A stretch of 64,000 nucleotides of DNA, from IMG/VR virus record IMGVR_UViG_3300034062_007329, positions 14,787-78,786 of that record. One strand, given 5' to 3'. Each line of letters begins with the position of its first letter. Position 1 is the first letter of the stretch. Positions 31,174-41,836 of this stretch are shown piece by piece. A model generated the notes under the pieces. That model was not told the DNA's origin and made no database searches. It saw only the letters and a program-made list of their open reading frames with translations. A program made the translations under genes and the position numbers. Source of the DNA: a virus.

Positions 31174-31979
31174 ATGGAACCCAAGGTTGGACAGATTTGG
31201 CGATATGCTACACCTTTCGATAATGGTGAAACCGTATATGAATATATTTTCATAACTGGGATCAAATCGAACGGACACGCAGTTCATTATTTTTCCTTTG
31301 ATGATCCAGAAAGACCCGTATGGGATTACGCACAATCGTTTGTGGAAAACAAAAGTTATGAATTTGTGAGTGGCTAATGAAACCCCAAATCAAGATCGGG
31401 CAAGTTTGGAAGTTCAAAGAAAGTTATGGCAGCGGTACAGATTATTACTTTGTTGTCAATCGTATCACGGAACAAGTGATCGGGTTTCAGTATTTGCACA
31501 AGGATTCAACTGGTTGGTGTTTTGAACGGGATTTTCATCGACAATATGAATTGGTGAGTGATGTATGAGAACTCCAATTCCTGGTGAATTGTGGAAAGAC
31601 GAACACAATAAAACGTTACTTATAAAAAGCGTAAGAGTAGATCATCCAGTAAGTCACGATTGGATTTATTATTATATCGTTGATTATGATATAGATAGTA
31701 ATTGTTCGCTTGCATCTTTCGTTAAATATTCAACGCTGGTGAGTGGATATTCTGATGGATAAAGTAAAAGTTGGACAAGTTTGGAAGATACTTGAAAGTA
31801 AGTTAGACCTCAAGGGAGGGAACCCAGAAGATTACCTAATCGTTATCACAAAGATTTATAAGAAAGGAATGGTTGCAGACTTCTTTTATCTTGATGGTTA
31901 TGATTCTGGTCGTGATGGTGAGGACGATATAAACATTCCTTGGCTACTCAAGAATGGACAATTGGAGAGTGATGTATGA
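31174..31979 (+). CDS. Four tandem SH3-like paralogs (K/P-(V/I/P)-G(Q/E)-(I/V/L)-W ... LVS(G/DV))
   Basis: 31174, 31377, 31565 and 31753 share N- and C-terminal motifs. Confidence 0.7.
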
Positions 31980-32322
31980 GTAAAGATTATGATAAGGGCT
32001 TCCAAGATGCAGTAAAAAAGATTAGCGATCTATTGCTTTCCGAATTTAAAGTATACAAAAAGGAAATAAAGGGATACGTTAAGGATACTGATTATCTTTC
32101 TGCTTACGAAAACAAGGTTCGCATGGAAGATGCTGATTTCTATTTCCACGAATTCCGTAAGATGGTTGTAGATAAAGCTGATAGCGATGAGCATAAAGCT
32201 TGCAATTGTTTAATCTGCAAAGGGGAATAAAATGGGTCGCTGCTGCACATAAAGGACGATGCTGTTTCGCAAGCAGCAAATAAGCTCTTGACTTCAAAGC
32301 CCACCTATGTTAGACTGTTCCT

Positions 32323-34880
32323 ATGGTCGAGCATAAGGTGGGCGAACTTGTTTTGATGGTTCTTAGGACTTATGAGAGAAGATACCAATACCTTGGTATC
32401 ATCAAAAAGGTTGATGACGGAATAATGATTGGTACAAAAGCCTATTTTGTCGAATGGAACGATGGACAAGACAATTGGTATTCCTCGGAAAGTATTGAGG
32501 AAATGAAAAGTGACCTCTGGACTTACTATGAATCACAAAATCGGTGATCTTATTTGGTCACAATCCGCACACGAAATTGCAATCATCGTTGGATACTTTC
32601 CAAATGGTTTGCACGGATCGGACAAGTTTAAATATTCCGTTTGCCACAGCTCTACTGGTAATCGGTTCTTCTACACGGAAGAAATGATTGAAACGGGCAA
32701 AAAGCAATTAGAGAAATTCTATGAACGCGAAGCATCAAATCGGTGATCCTGTATACAGCAATTCGTATGGTCTTGGATATATTTCTGATATTGAACCAAC
32801 CACTCTTCATGTGAAGCATCACGTTAAGTGGATGGACGATAATATGTTTCTTGCAGATGATAGATGGTATGAAGCAAAAGGCATTGACACTCTCAAGATG
32901 TTCCTGCGAATGAAATTGCGCGGTGAAGATATATGAAACATAAAGTTGGTGACCTTGTTTATTACAAAGCAAACAAGAAAGTGTTTGCAGACAAAAACCA
33001 ACCTTCAATTGGCATTATAGCCAAGTGCTTTCCAAGGAAAGATACTTATTGGATTGAATGGTTGAATGACAGCGATGTGCTTTATCAGAAATTAGTAATG
33101 ACAGAGTTTTCGGGTCAGGCGATTGGTTGGTTCAAAAGAGATTTGCAAGAGGTATTAGGGAATGACGGAACACAAAATCGGTGATCTTGTTTACCAGCTT
33201 GACAACAAAAGCATTGGCATCATCACAAAGATCACAGATGATGATAAGGAGAGTATGCCTCGTTACCGAATGATTTATATTATTGAATATGCAAATGGCA
33301 AAACTGGTCGTCATTCCGCTGCCGTCATTGATGGTATGAAAAGCAATCTACAAAACCACTTAAGGAAAGAAAATGGATCACAAAGTCGGTGATTTGATAT
33401 ATGACGATATTAGCGAAGCCATTGGAGTGATAAAGCGAATCCGTGAGGATGAAGAAAATGGAATACTCTATGATATCGAATGGAGTAGCGGAGAGGCATC
33501 AACTGGTATTCACGGACTTGCATCGGAATCAATTGACTATCTCAAGGATTTACTAAATGCAGAACTCAAAAGAGCACAACGTCGGTGATCTTGTTCTTGC
33601 TGGTGGTTTAGGGATCATAACAAAGATAGATAGGGATTTCCGTGCTGACTGGTATCACGTTGAATGGTGTTGCGAAGGAAATGAAGCCATCAGAAGCGCG
33701 TTTCAGGATAACGAGATCGCGTATTTTAAAGAGGCGTTGAATCGTGAATCACAAAGTCGGTGATCCTGTTTATTGCAATGGTAGTGTAGGAGCAATCAAG
33801 GCAACAAGCGAAGGGGTATATGGTCCCCAAGTAGTATTGCCAGAAACGGAGCGTAGTTATAGGATTGAATGGTTTGACGATAAACCATTTGCAAGTGGCT
33901 ACATCCGAAAGGTCTGGTTTAACTTTTATGAAGTTGCTTCCTTCAAAGAGCAATTGCGAGAGGCGTTAAATGAGCAATCATCAAGTAGGTGATTTGGTCT
34001 ACGATCCAGCATACCAAGATTTTGGCGTTATCACAAAGATATGGACAGAGGATGAATTAACAAAACTTGGAAAAGAACCTCCATATTACACAATCGAAGT
34101 GCGATTCCCAGATAGCAAGGTTATGCCAGTAGATAGATACAAGCCAAATACGATTGACAAGTTCAAACGGACATTGAAGGATATGTATGATGAATCATAA
34201 CGTTGGCGATCTTGTATTGCATAAGGCTCACACATTGAGGAATACTCTTGGATATATCAAAAAGATTAAAGCATATCGAGAGTACGAAGTCTATTGGTTC
34301 AATCCTTACTTGAAGCATCAAGATGACATATCGTTAGAGTCTGATGCGTCAATAAATTCGCTCAAAAGAAACCTACAGGAATATATGGATGAGCATCACT
34401 CATAAGGTAGGCGATCTGGTGATGGGCGTCAATGTGGACAACGAAACAATTTTGGGAGTAATAAAAAAGATTTCCATTGCAGACACTAATATTGTTGTTG
34501 ACAACAACGTGGAACGCTATTATGAAGGTGAACCCCATTACCAGATTGAATGGGCGAATGATCTCCACTCTAATGTTTGGTATAAGGAAAGCAATGTTAA
34601 TGCTTTCAAGATGACGTTTGATGAATATATGAGGAGAAAGAAAAAATAAATGGATGAGTATAAGATAGGCGATCTACTCATGATGCATCGGCTTTCACTA
34701 AAGCCAGTAATTGGAATCGTCAAGGATTGTAAAGTGGGGGATATTAGCAATAGTAAATATTACTTTGTAGAATGGATATCCGAAGATGCGGGGATTACAA
34801 CAAACGTTTGGTTTGCAGAATGTGATATACAATACTATAGGCAAGCGTATGTGCAGTATGCAGCGGATAATAGCCTTTAG
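32323..34880 (+). CDS. Tandem array of 12 paralogous 68-86 aa SH3/KOW-like ORFs
   Basis: All begin (H/Y)(K/Q/N)(V/I)G(D/E)(L/P), followed by G.I..I and mostly Y..EW; overlapping junctions. Confidence 0.85.
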
Positions 34881-35090
34881 ACACTTAAGGGGGATTAATA
34901 GGGGAGTGGGTATGTTGTATAGTGCGGTATGGAGTATAATAGGATGGACGCTGCCAACCCTGCGGAAAGTGGTATTAGCGCCACTATACCACAATATATA
35001 GTGGTGTGTAAAGCGTATCGCCTAAACCCCCGTAAATACAGGCAAAAAAACGTGCTTGACACGGTGCCTGATCCGTGGTAGGATGGTACT

Positions 35091-35429
35091 ATGATGCGAG
35101 AGTGCAGCGAATGTGGTGGTGAGTTTGATCCGCGAAGCAAGGCAAAGCGGATTGCTGGTGGTTTGTCAACCCATTGCCCCGATTGTTCGGAGGAAACGGA
35201 GGTACGGTATTTCGGTACCTCCGCAGGAGAGGGTAAGCAGGCAAGCGTGCAGGTATTGAAGTTTGCTTCCCAGAAGGATAGGGATGCATATCAGCGATAT
35301 TGGAAGGCATCATCAGGATTGAATACGGGCAAGCAATGCCAGATGGCATTCCGCGCTAATGAGATTGGCGTGCATTTCGAGACAAGGGCTACATTTACAG
35401 GCAATACTAACCATAAGGGGAAGGCATAA
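35091..35429 (+). CDS. Zn-ribbon hypothetical protein
   Basis: CSEC..HCPDC; leaderless after promoter 35056. Confidence 0.7.
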   Translation: MMRECSECGGEFDPRSKAKRIAGGLSTHCPDCSEETEVRYFGTSAGEGKQASVQVLKFASQKDRDAYQRYWKASSGLNTGKQCQMAFRANEIGVHFETRATFTGNTNHKGKA

Positions 35430-35787
35430 TGCAGTATATTATTGAACGTATGGATGCGGGTGGTAGGTGGACTAAGCATAGTTCGGCAAGCTCAGAAAGC
35501 GCAGCCAATGTTTCAGCCCGTAATCTAAAGGAAGTATACCCCAATTGGTCTATCCGAGTGGTGGATAGCGATGGGGATGTATGTAATATTCTGTAATCTA
35601 TACACTCCCAGGGTGGGGGGGGTCTGCGGTTTAAGATAAAAAGGGTACATATAAATTAACCAGCCGCCTGATAAGGCGGAATAGGGATTATACCCATATA
35701 GTAATACCCCAATTCCCCCCTGCGGGGGCTGGGCTTGACAAGGTTAGGGGGTACTGGTATAGTACTACCATAGAGGGGAGGTGTCAT

Positions 35788-35877
35788 ATGCCACATCCAC
35801 ACAAGAATCGACCACGCAAAGGTCGGCGTAAGATTGGTTCAAAAAAGCGTCGTAGCCGTAACATGAGAAAGAAGTAA
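35788..35877 (+). CDS. 29-aa highly basic peptide MPHPHKNRPRKGRRKIGSKKRRSRNMRKK
   Basis: Own promoter (35734), strong GGAGG RBS, tandem stops. Confidence 0.65.
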   Translation: MPHPHKNRPRKGRRKIGSKKRRSRNMRKK

Positions 35878-36616
35878 TAGGGCAAATGGGAGCGAATCTT
35901 GTGCTTGACACGGGGTTCGCTCCCTGCTATACTGTTTATATGGTGCGATGGAGCAGCGAACCATTAGATTGCCGCGTTGGTGATATTGTGGTTGAGAAGG
36001 TTAATGGGCAGAATCCAACTTATTGGGTTATATCAAAAGTAACAAAGAATGATAACCCAATACGATTTGGGCATACATACAAAGAAGTGTATGATATGTT
36101 TAATCTGGAGAATGATATGGATACAATAGAAAATGTTATGTTCCGCAATACGGAAGCAGTAACATATGAGATCATCCGTGGGTAATACATTCCGCGTCGG
36201 AGATCTTGTCGAATTTCAAAGCAAAGAGTCGCATTCGTTATTCCAGAAAAAAGTGTGGAATAACAAAATCGGCGTCATTTCTGCCATTAGAACAAAAGCC
36301 GAAATCGCATATATCAAATGGTCCGATTTGGACCTAAATGATGTATGGATTGCGTATGAAGATTTGAAGCTTCTAAACCGAGAGTAACAATCGGCAAGCG
36401 AAACGAAATAGTTCTACAAATAACATATGATATCTCGGGTAAACAGAACCATGTTATCACAAACCCGCCGCCGCTGTCAAGCATAAAAAGCGCCCCCTAA
36501 CCCCCTGTAACTACAGGCGAAAATAAAAGTTGACGGGGAACCCGTTTTCGGGTAGACTGTACTTGTTCGGTGGTCGTGAAGGCGTGTCGCCCGAAGCCAC
36601 TGATAGGGTGCAACCG

Positions 36617-37273
36617 ATGGCTAATGCTTATTACATGAAGTGGACTAAGGGTAACGAGAAGTTGCAAAAGGACAATGGTGGTGTTTATAACATCGTTGGT
36701 TTCGGCATCCCTGCCGATTATGATATGGGCAATGGGATGAATACGTGTCCTGGGGCGCTTGCTTGCCGTGCGGTTTGCTATGCAAAGCAGGGTCGTTATG
36801 CTATGCCCAACGTCATGAATGCGCGTATGCACAACCTTGAAATGTCGTTGCAGCCTGATTTCGTGGAAAACGTTGTTCGTGATCTTGACCGTATGCGAAA
36901 GGTTAACACGGTTCGTATTCACGATTCGGGTGATTTCTATTCGCAGGAGTATTATCGCAAGTGGTGCGATATCGCTCGGATGCTTCCCGATATCACGTTT
37001 TATGCATACACTAAGACCGTGAATATGGACCTGTTCGGGAATAAGCCCGATAACCTCCAGATCACGCAATCGCTTGGTGGCAAGCACGACGAGAGCGTGA
37101 ATATGGATATGCCCCATTCGCGCATCTTTGCAACCCATGAGGATCGCGTTCGTGCTGGATACGTCGACGGTAACGTGAATGACGTTCCTGCGATTGAGGG
37201 TTTGGTGCAAATCGGGTTGGTGTATCACGGGCAGCGCAAGTTGACGGAATCGCAGAAGCGTTATTTTGCTTAA
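36617..37273 (+). CDS. Gp88-like protein (radical-SAM-like Cys cluster)
   Basis: TCPGA.AC..VCYA..GRY, VRIHDSGDFYS..Y...W, FYAYTK. Confidence 0.8.
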   Translation: MANAYYMKWTKGNEKLQKDNGGVYNIVGFGIPADYDMGNGMNTCPGALACRAVCYAKQGRYAMPNVMNARMHNLEMSLQPDFVENVVRDLDRMRKVNTVRIHDSGDFYSQEYYRKWCDIARMLPDITFYAYTKTVNMDLFGNKPDNLQITQSLGGKHDESVNMDMPHSRIFATHEDRVRAGYVDGNVNDVPAIEGLVQIGLVYHGQRKLTESQKRYFA

Positions 37274-37283
37274 GAGGTAAACA

Positions 37284-37463
37284 ATGGCAAGGACAAAGAA
37301 AGATCGGAAGGCAAAGCATATTGACCCCAATAGCATTAAGACCCGTGATTGGTGTATGGTGCTAATCATCCAAGGGGTTACTAAGGCAGGGGTTATTCCT
37401 GATAGGCGCAAGGCACGGAATAAGTATCGGTGCCGTAATAGTAGGAATGGGGAGTGGGACTAA
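37284..37463 (+). CDS. Small basic protein (59 aa, not in ORF track)
   Basis: GAGG RBS; KAGV..DRRK..NK..CR. Confidence 0.6.
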   Translation: MARTKKDRKAKHIDPNSIKTRDWCMVLIIQGVTKAGVIPDRRKARNKYRCRNSRNGEWD

Positions 37464-37685
37464 CCCGTATTCCAGTAGGGTGGGGGGGTCTCAAATAATG
37501 TATTACAGGTAATGTATATCAGCCGCCCTTTAGGGCAATACCATTAGGATAATACCCCCCTAATAGGTATATGCCCAAATGCGGGCGGCTGACACTCTCG
37601 GGATAGAGCAAAGAAAAAAGTTGACGGCATCCCCTGTCCGTGGTAGACTGTTCTTAATGCTGGATGGTCCAGCGAGAGGTAAGCG

Positions 37686-37928
37686 ATGACGGATTATAAC
37701 GGTTGGGCAAACTACGAAACGTGGAATGTTGCTCTTTGGATTCAGAACGACGAGGGGCTTTATGCGCTTGCCAAGGAGATTGCCGAATCCAAGTATTCGC
37801 GTCCTTATCAGGGATTCGTGGATAACATGAAGGATTGCGATATTCATGCAACGCCTGATGGTGTTTCATACCAGGATCGTTTGCTTAATATCAAGGAACT
37901 GGATTCTATGATTAGGGAGCTTGCATAA
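37686..37928 (+). CDS. Conserved phage early protein (YNGW.NYETW.V.LW..ND)
   Basis: Motif recurrent in phage early regions. Confidence 0.75.
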   Translation: MTDYNGWANYETWNVALWIQNDEGLYALAKEIAESKYSRPYQGFVDNMKDCDIHATPDGVSYQDRLLNIKELDSMIRELA

Positions 37929-38381
37929 ATGATGATTCCAGGAAATAGTGTTTTTCATTGCCATTTGCCAGAACTTGGAAAGGGTGTGATTACTGCAATC
38001 CTTATGGACACCCAATCAGGAAAACCTATTGCCAAAGTTATGTGGGAATCACCAAAGCATGGTGTTGCCTCGCTTCACACATTCGACCATTTGAAGCGTA
38101 TCGATGAATGCACGGATGCCTATACCGCATTTCAGATGGTATTGCCGTTCATATGATGTTTGACGTTTGCCCTATTCCTTATTCTAAGGATAGAGGCGGC
38201 TGGCGAAGGTAATCAGTTCAGTTTACCATGCCAGCCCCCGCGTGTCAAGCGAAATCGACACGCCGATCCCCCAGGGCGATGCCCGCTAACCCCTTGAAAA
38301 GACTTGCGAAAAAAGAAGTTGCAAGCGGTTGGGGGTTGTGGTAGACTGTTCTTCGTTCGGTGGATGGTGTCTCGCCCCGAA

Positions 38382-38464
38382 AGAGTGTAGCGGTAGCGGG
38401 CTCGATCCCCGCACGCCAACCCTTGCGGGTATGGTGGAGACGGAACGGTTCCGCGCTACACTCT
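38382..38464 (+). ncRNA. Circularly permuted tRNA-mimic RNA (YrlA/Y-RNA-like), copy 2
   Basis: 11-bp closing stem AGAGTGTAGCG/CGCTACACTCT, T-arm GCGGG-CTCGATC-CCCGC, capped acceptor-like stem, D-like AACGGTT; own promoter at 38319. Confidence 0.65.
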
Positions 38465-38676
38465 AAGCGGGGAGCAAAGAAAAAAGTTGACGGGGCAAGC
38501 GAGGCATGATAGACTGTCTCTTGTAAGGTTGGCGATGCGGTACTGACGCCAGCGAGGGAACGAAAGAAAAAAGTTGACGCCCGATCGTGGGCATGGTAAG
38601 ATAGGCGGGTAAGGTTGAGAGAGGCAATATCGCCTCCCAACAACGCACCAAAGGTGCGGGAAGGTAAGCGTAACAC

Positions 38677-39030
38677 ATGGCTACTAACAAGGTTCTCGAC
38701 GTTGTGAAGTTCGTTCGTTCGTACATCGCGGAGAACGATCGCGGTTGCCCGAAGGGTGTGCTCCAGCACGTCGGTGGTTTCAAGGCTAAGGATATTGCCC
38801 TCGCCCTCGAAACGGGTCTGCTTGAGAGCGGTCGCGGTTCGGAGGGTGGTCTTTTCCCGAAGGGCGAGCGTCCCGCTCCGAAGGATCGGGTTGCGGTAAC
38901 GCTCAAGTCGCGCCTTGTCGATGCCCTTCGCGTGATTGCGACGGGTGGAACGCTGGATCGTGACTTCGCGGCAACGCTGGTTGCGGAGTATGACGCCGAG
39001 ATTGAGAAGCGTCGTGACGCTCAGGCGTAA
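38677..39030 (+). CDS. Winged-helix-like protein (paralog of 41513 and 18807)
   Basis: RGCPKGVL.HVGGFKAKDIA..L..G.LESGRGSEGG. Confidence 0.7.
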   Translation: MATNKVLDVVKFVRSYIAENDRGCPKGVLQHVGGFKAKDIALALETGLLESGRGSEGGLFPKGERPAPKDRVAVTLKSRLVDALRVIATGGTLDRDFAATLVAEYDAEIEKRRDAQA

Positions 39031-39498
39031 GTAAACAATCGGGTTGCCCCTCCGATAAAAGGGGCGCAATGTTTGGGTCCAACCTCTAACGCGAGGAGCG
39101 TCGAATCTAATGTCGGAACCGCTGTAAGAAGCAAAGATCTACATATGAAGGTTCGGGGTGAGCCTATATTAAAACCCCTTGTTTATTCCCGCAGGGAGAA
39201 ACGATAAATGCGACTCTTAGAATAACCGCCGAGCGAGGGGAAGGCGGGAACATAAATACCCCTCTCATATAATGCCAAGTGCGCGGAATCGCTGGGGAAA
39301 TCCCAGCCCCCGCGCCGAAGGCGCGGCTGGCATTCTACCACGCCCGCAACCCCACGTCAAGAGAAAAAGTGAAGGCACCACCCTCCAGGTCGAGTGCCCC
39401 TAACCCCCCGAAAACACACACGAAAATAAAAGTTGACCGCTGCCCCGACTTGGGGTATACTGTTTTTCAAGCTGGACGGTTCCAGCGGAGGCAAGTCG

Positions 39499-41403
39499 AT
39501 GGCAAAGTGTGAAGGCTGCGAGAAGGATTTCATTGTTTGCGCGCACAATGCTTGCGGTGACGATAAGGGTGGTTTCATTGTTACCCATCGCGATTGCGAC
39601 GAATGGGGTTGCGGTCTTTGCATGACCCGTTGCGATGAATCGCCAGACGAAGAGTATTGCATGGAATGCCTTACCAATAGTTCGCATAGCGGTATGGCGG
39701 ATCACTATACCCGTCGCATGGAAAATGGTTGGAGCGAGTAGTTCTAAGGGCAGAGCAAAGAAAAAACTTGACGCCCACGGTCGGGCATGATAGGATGGTC
39801 TACATGATGCAGGGTGAAACGATGATGACGGGCGCTGGCAAGGTTTGCGGCGATTGCAACGAGATTCCGCTTTGGGGCGTTTATCGTTCCGCTGCTGGAT
39901 ATTACGTTGGGACGTATTGCGGTTGCGGTCCCTATTCCCGCGAGAGCGGTTATTTCCAAACTCAGGAGTCGGCAAAGGTTTTGCTGGATTCCGTGCAGCG
40001 TTATTTCAACGCGGTGGAGGCGTAAGTAAATGGTGAAGCAATCGGACAATGCGGCGGTCGAAGCCTTCCTTAAGGCAAAGCGTGCGGTTGACCCTAACTA
40101 TGGAAAGGTCCGCAAGGCAAAGGCAAATGGCAAGAGCGTATTCATGCTTGAGCGTCAGATTGAGCAGAATATTATGATGGGTTTTGGTCCCATTCTCAAC
40201 GTCGATCTTTCAAAGAAGCAGCGTGCTGCAAAGCGTAGCGTAACCTTTATCACGGAGAAGAAGTAATATGGCAAAGCGAATCGTTGTTCTGGATGATGGA
40301 ACTTGGGAAACGCTTGGTGATGCTAAGGTTTACACTATCACCGACGAGGCATATGAGAAACTGCTAAACGGTGACGAACCGAAGCATTTGGAAACGGGCG
40401 ACGTTCTCGACACGCAGGAGATTCAGTAATATGCGAATGATGAAGGCAACCTGGATGAGCAAGCCCGTGAAGGTTTACGGTTGGGCAATCACCGCTCACG
40501 GTTGGGAGTATTATTTCCTCGACAATAAGAAGGGCGATATCCGCGAGGCATATGTTTGCGGACATGAGAACGAGCAGGGCGATGTTTCAATGAGCGAACT
40601 TAGCCCTTATATCCGATCCATTACTTTCGATGATGCGGATTTGCAGCGGTTGAATCCCGCTCCTGATTGTGTGTGGGTGGACTAACACCCCCAACCTGTA
40701 GGGTCTATCTCCAGAATAGTAGGGGGGGTCGGAACCTGTTGTTTTTACAGCGGATTCCAGCCCCCGCTCCAAAGGAGCGGCTGGCATTATAGCATGGCAG
40801 GGCAGGGCAGTCAAGAAAAAAAGTGAGGGGGTGGAGCCAGGGCGAGGGGGGTCTAACCTGTTGAGAACACTCACGAAAAAAAGATGTTGACGGCAACCTC
40901 GGGTTCCTGTATACTCTCTACATGATGAACGCTCACACGGAGGTTGGCAAGATGGACGGCAAGATGGTCACGGTTTGGATTGGCGAGTATCCCTTCATCG
41001 TCAACTATGATTTCGATATGGAGGGTTTCCACATCTATTCTATGATCGACAACAATGGCAAGGAGGTCCGCAAGTATTCCAATGTTTGGAATATCGTTAT
41101 GGACGATCTCGCGGGGCAGGAAACGGAGATCTTCTAAGCCAGGAACTAAAAAAAAGGTTGACGCGAGAGCGCGACCGTGGTAAAGTAGTTGAACACGATG
41201 CAGCGATGGTCGCTGCGAAGGGAAGCAGGATGCACAAGGTTGGCGATACGGTTTTCAAGGCGAACGGCAATGGTTACGATAAGGGCGTCGTCGTCCGTAT
41301 CACGCAGGGCAAGTGCCTTGTCAACTTCGGTTCGTTCACCTCGACGGTGAATGGCAAGAGCCTCTATACGCAGAAGCAGATCAGGCGCAGGAGCGTGAAG
41401 TAA
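39499..41403 (+). CDS. Small early ORFs each behind strong promoters (39499, 39804, 40030, 40268, 40431, 40922, 41230)
   Basis: Promoter with RBS or leaderless starts; several Cys-rich. Confidence 0.6.
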
Positions 41404-41512
41404 AAAAGAAGTTGACACCGACAAGGTGTCGTGGTAAGATGGTCAAGTAAGGTCGAGAGGGCAATATCGCCACTCCGACAACGCTCAGGAGAGCGGGAAG
41501 GTAAGAAAACAA

Positions 41513-41836
41513 ATGGCTAAGGACATTCTTTCGTTCGTGCGTGATTACTGCGATGAGAACGGTCGTGGTTGCCCCAAGGGCGTCCTGATTCACGTTGGCG
41601 GTTTCAAGGCGAAGGACATTGCCGCAATGCTTGACGCTGGCAAGCTGGAAAGCGGTCGTGGCAGCGAGGGTGGTATCTTCGTTGCGGGCAATAAGCCCTC
41701 GCCTAAGACCCGCGAGAGCGTTTCGCTTAAGTCCCGTATGGCAGACTTCCTGCGAACGGTTGACAGCCCCGTTGCGCGTATTCTTGTCGAGGAGTATGAC
41801 GCGGAGCTTCAGCGTCGTGCAGACGCGCAGGAGTAA
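41513..41836 (+). CDS. Winged-helix-like protein (paralog of 38677)
   Basis: Closely similar to 38677, with a shared 5' leader. Confidence 0.7.
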   Translation: MAKDILSFVRDYCDENGRGCPKGVLIHVGGFKAKDIAAMLDAGKLESGRGSEGGIFVAGNKPSPKTRESVSLKSRMADFLRTVDSPVARILVEEYDAELQRRADAQE

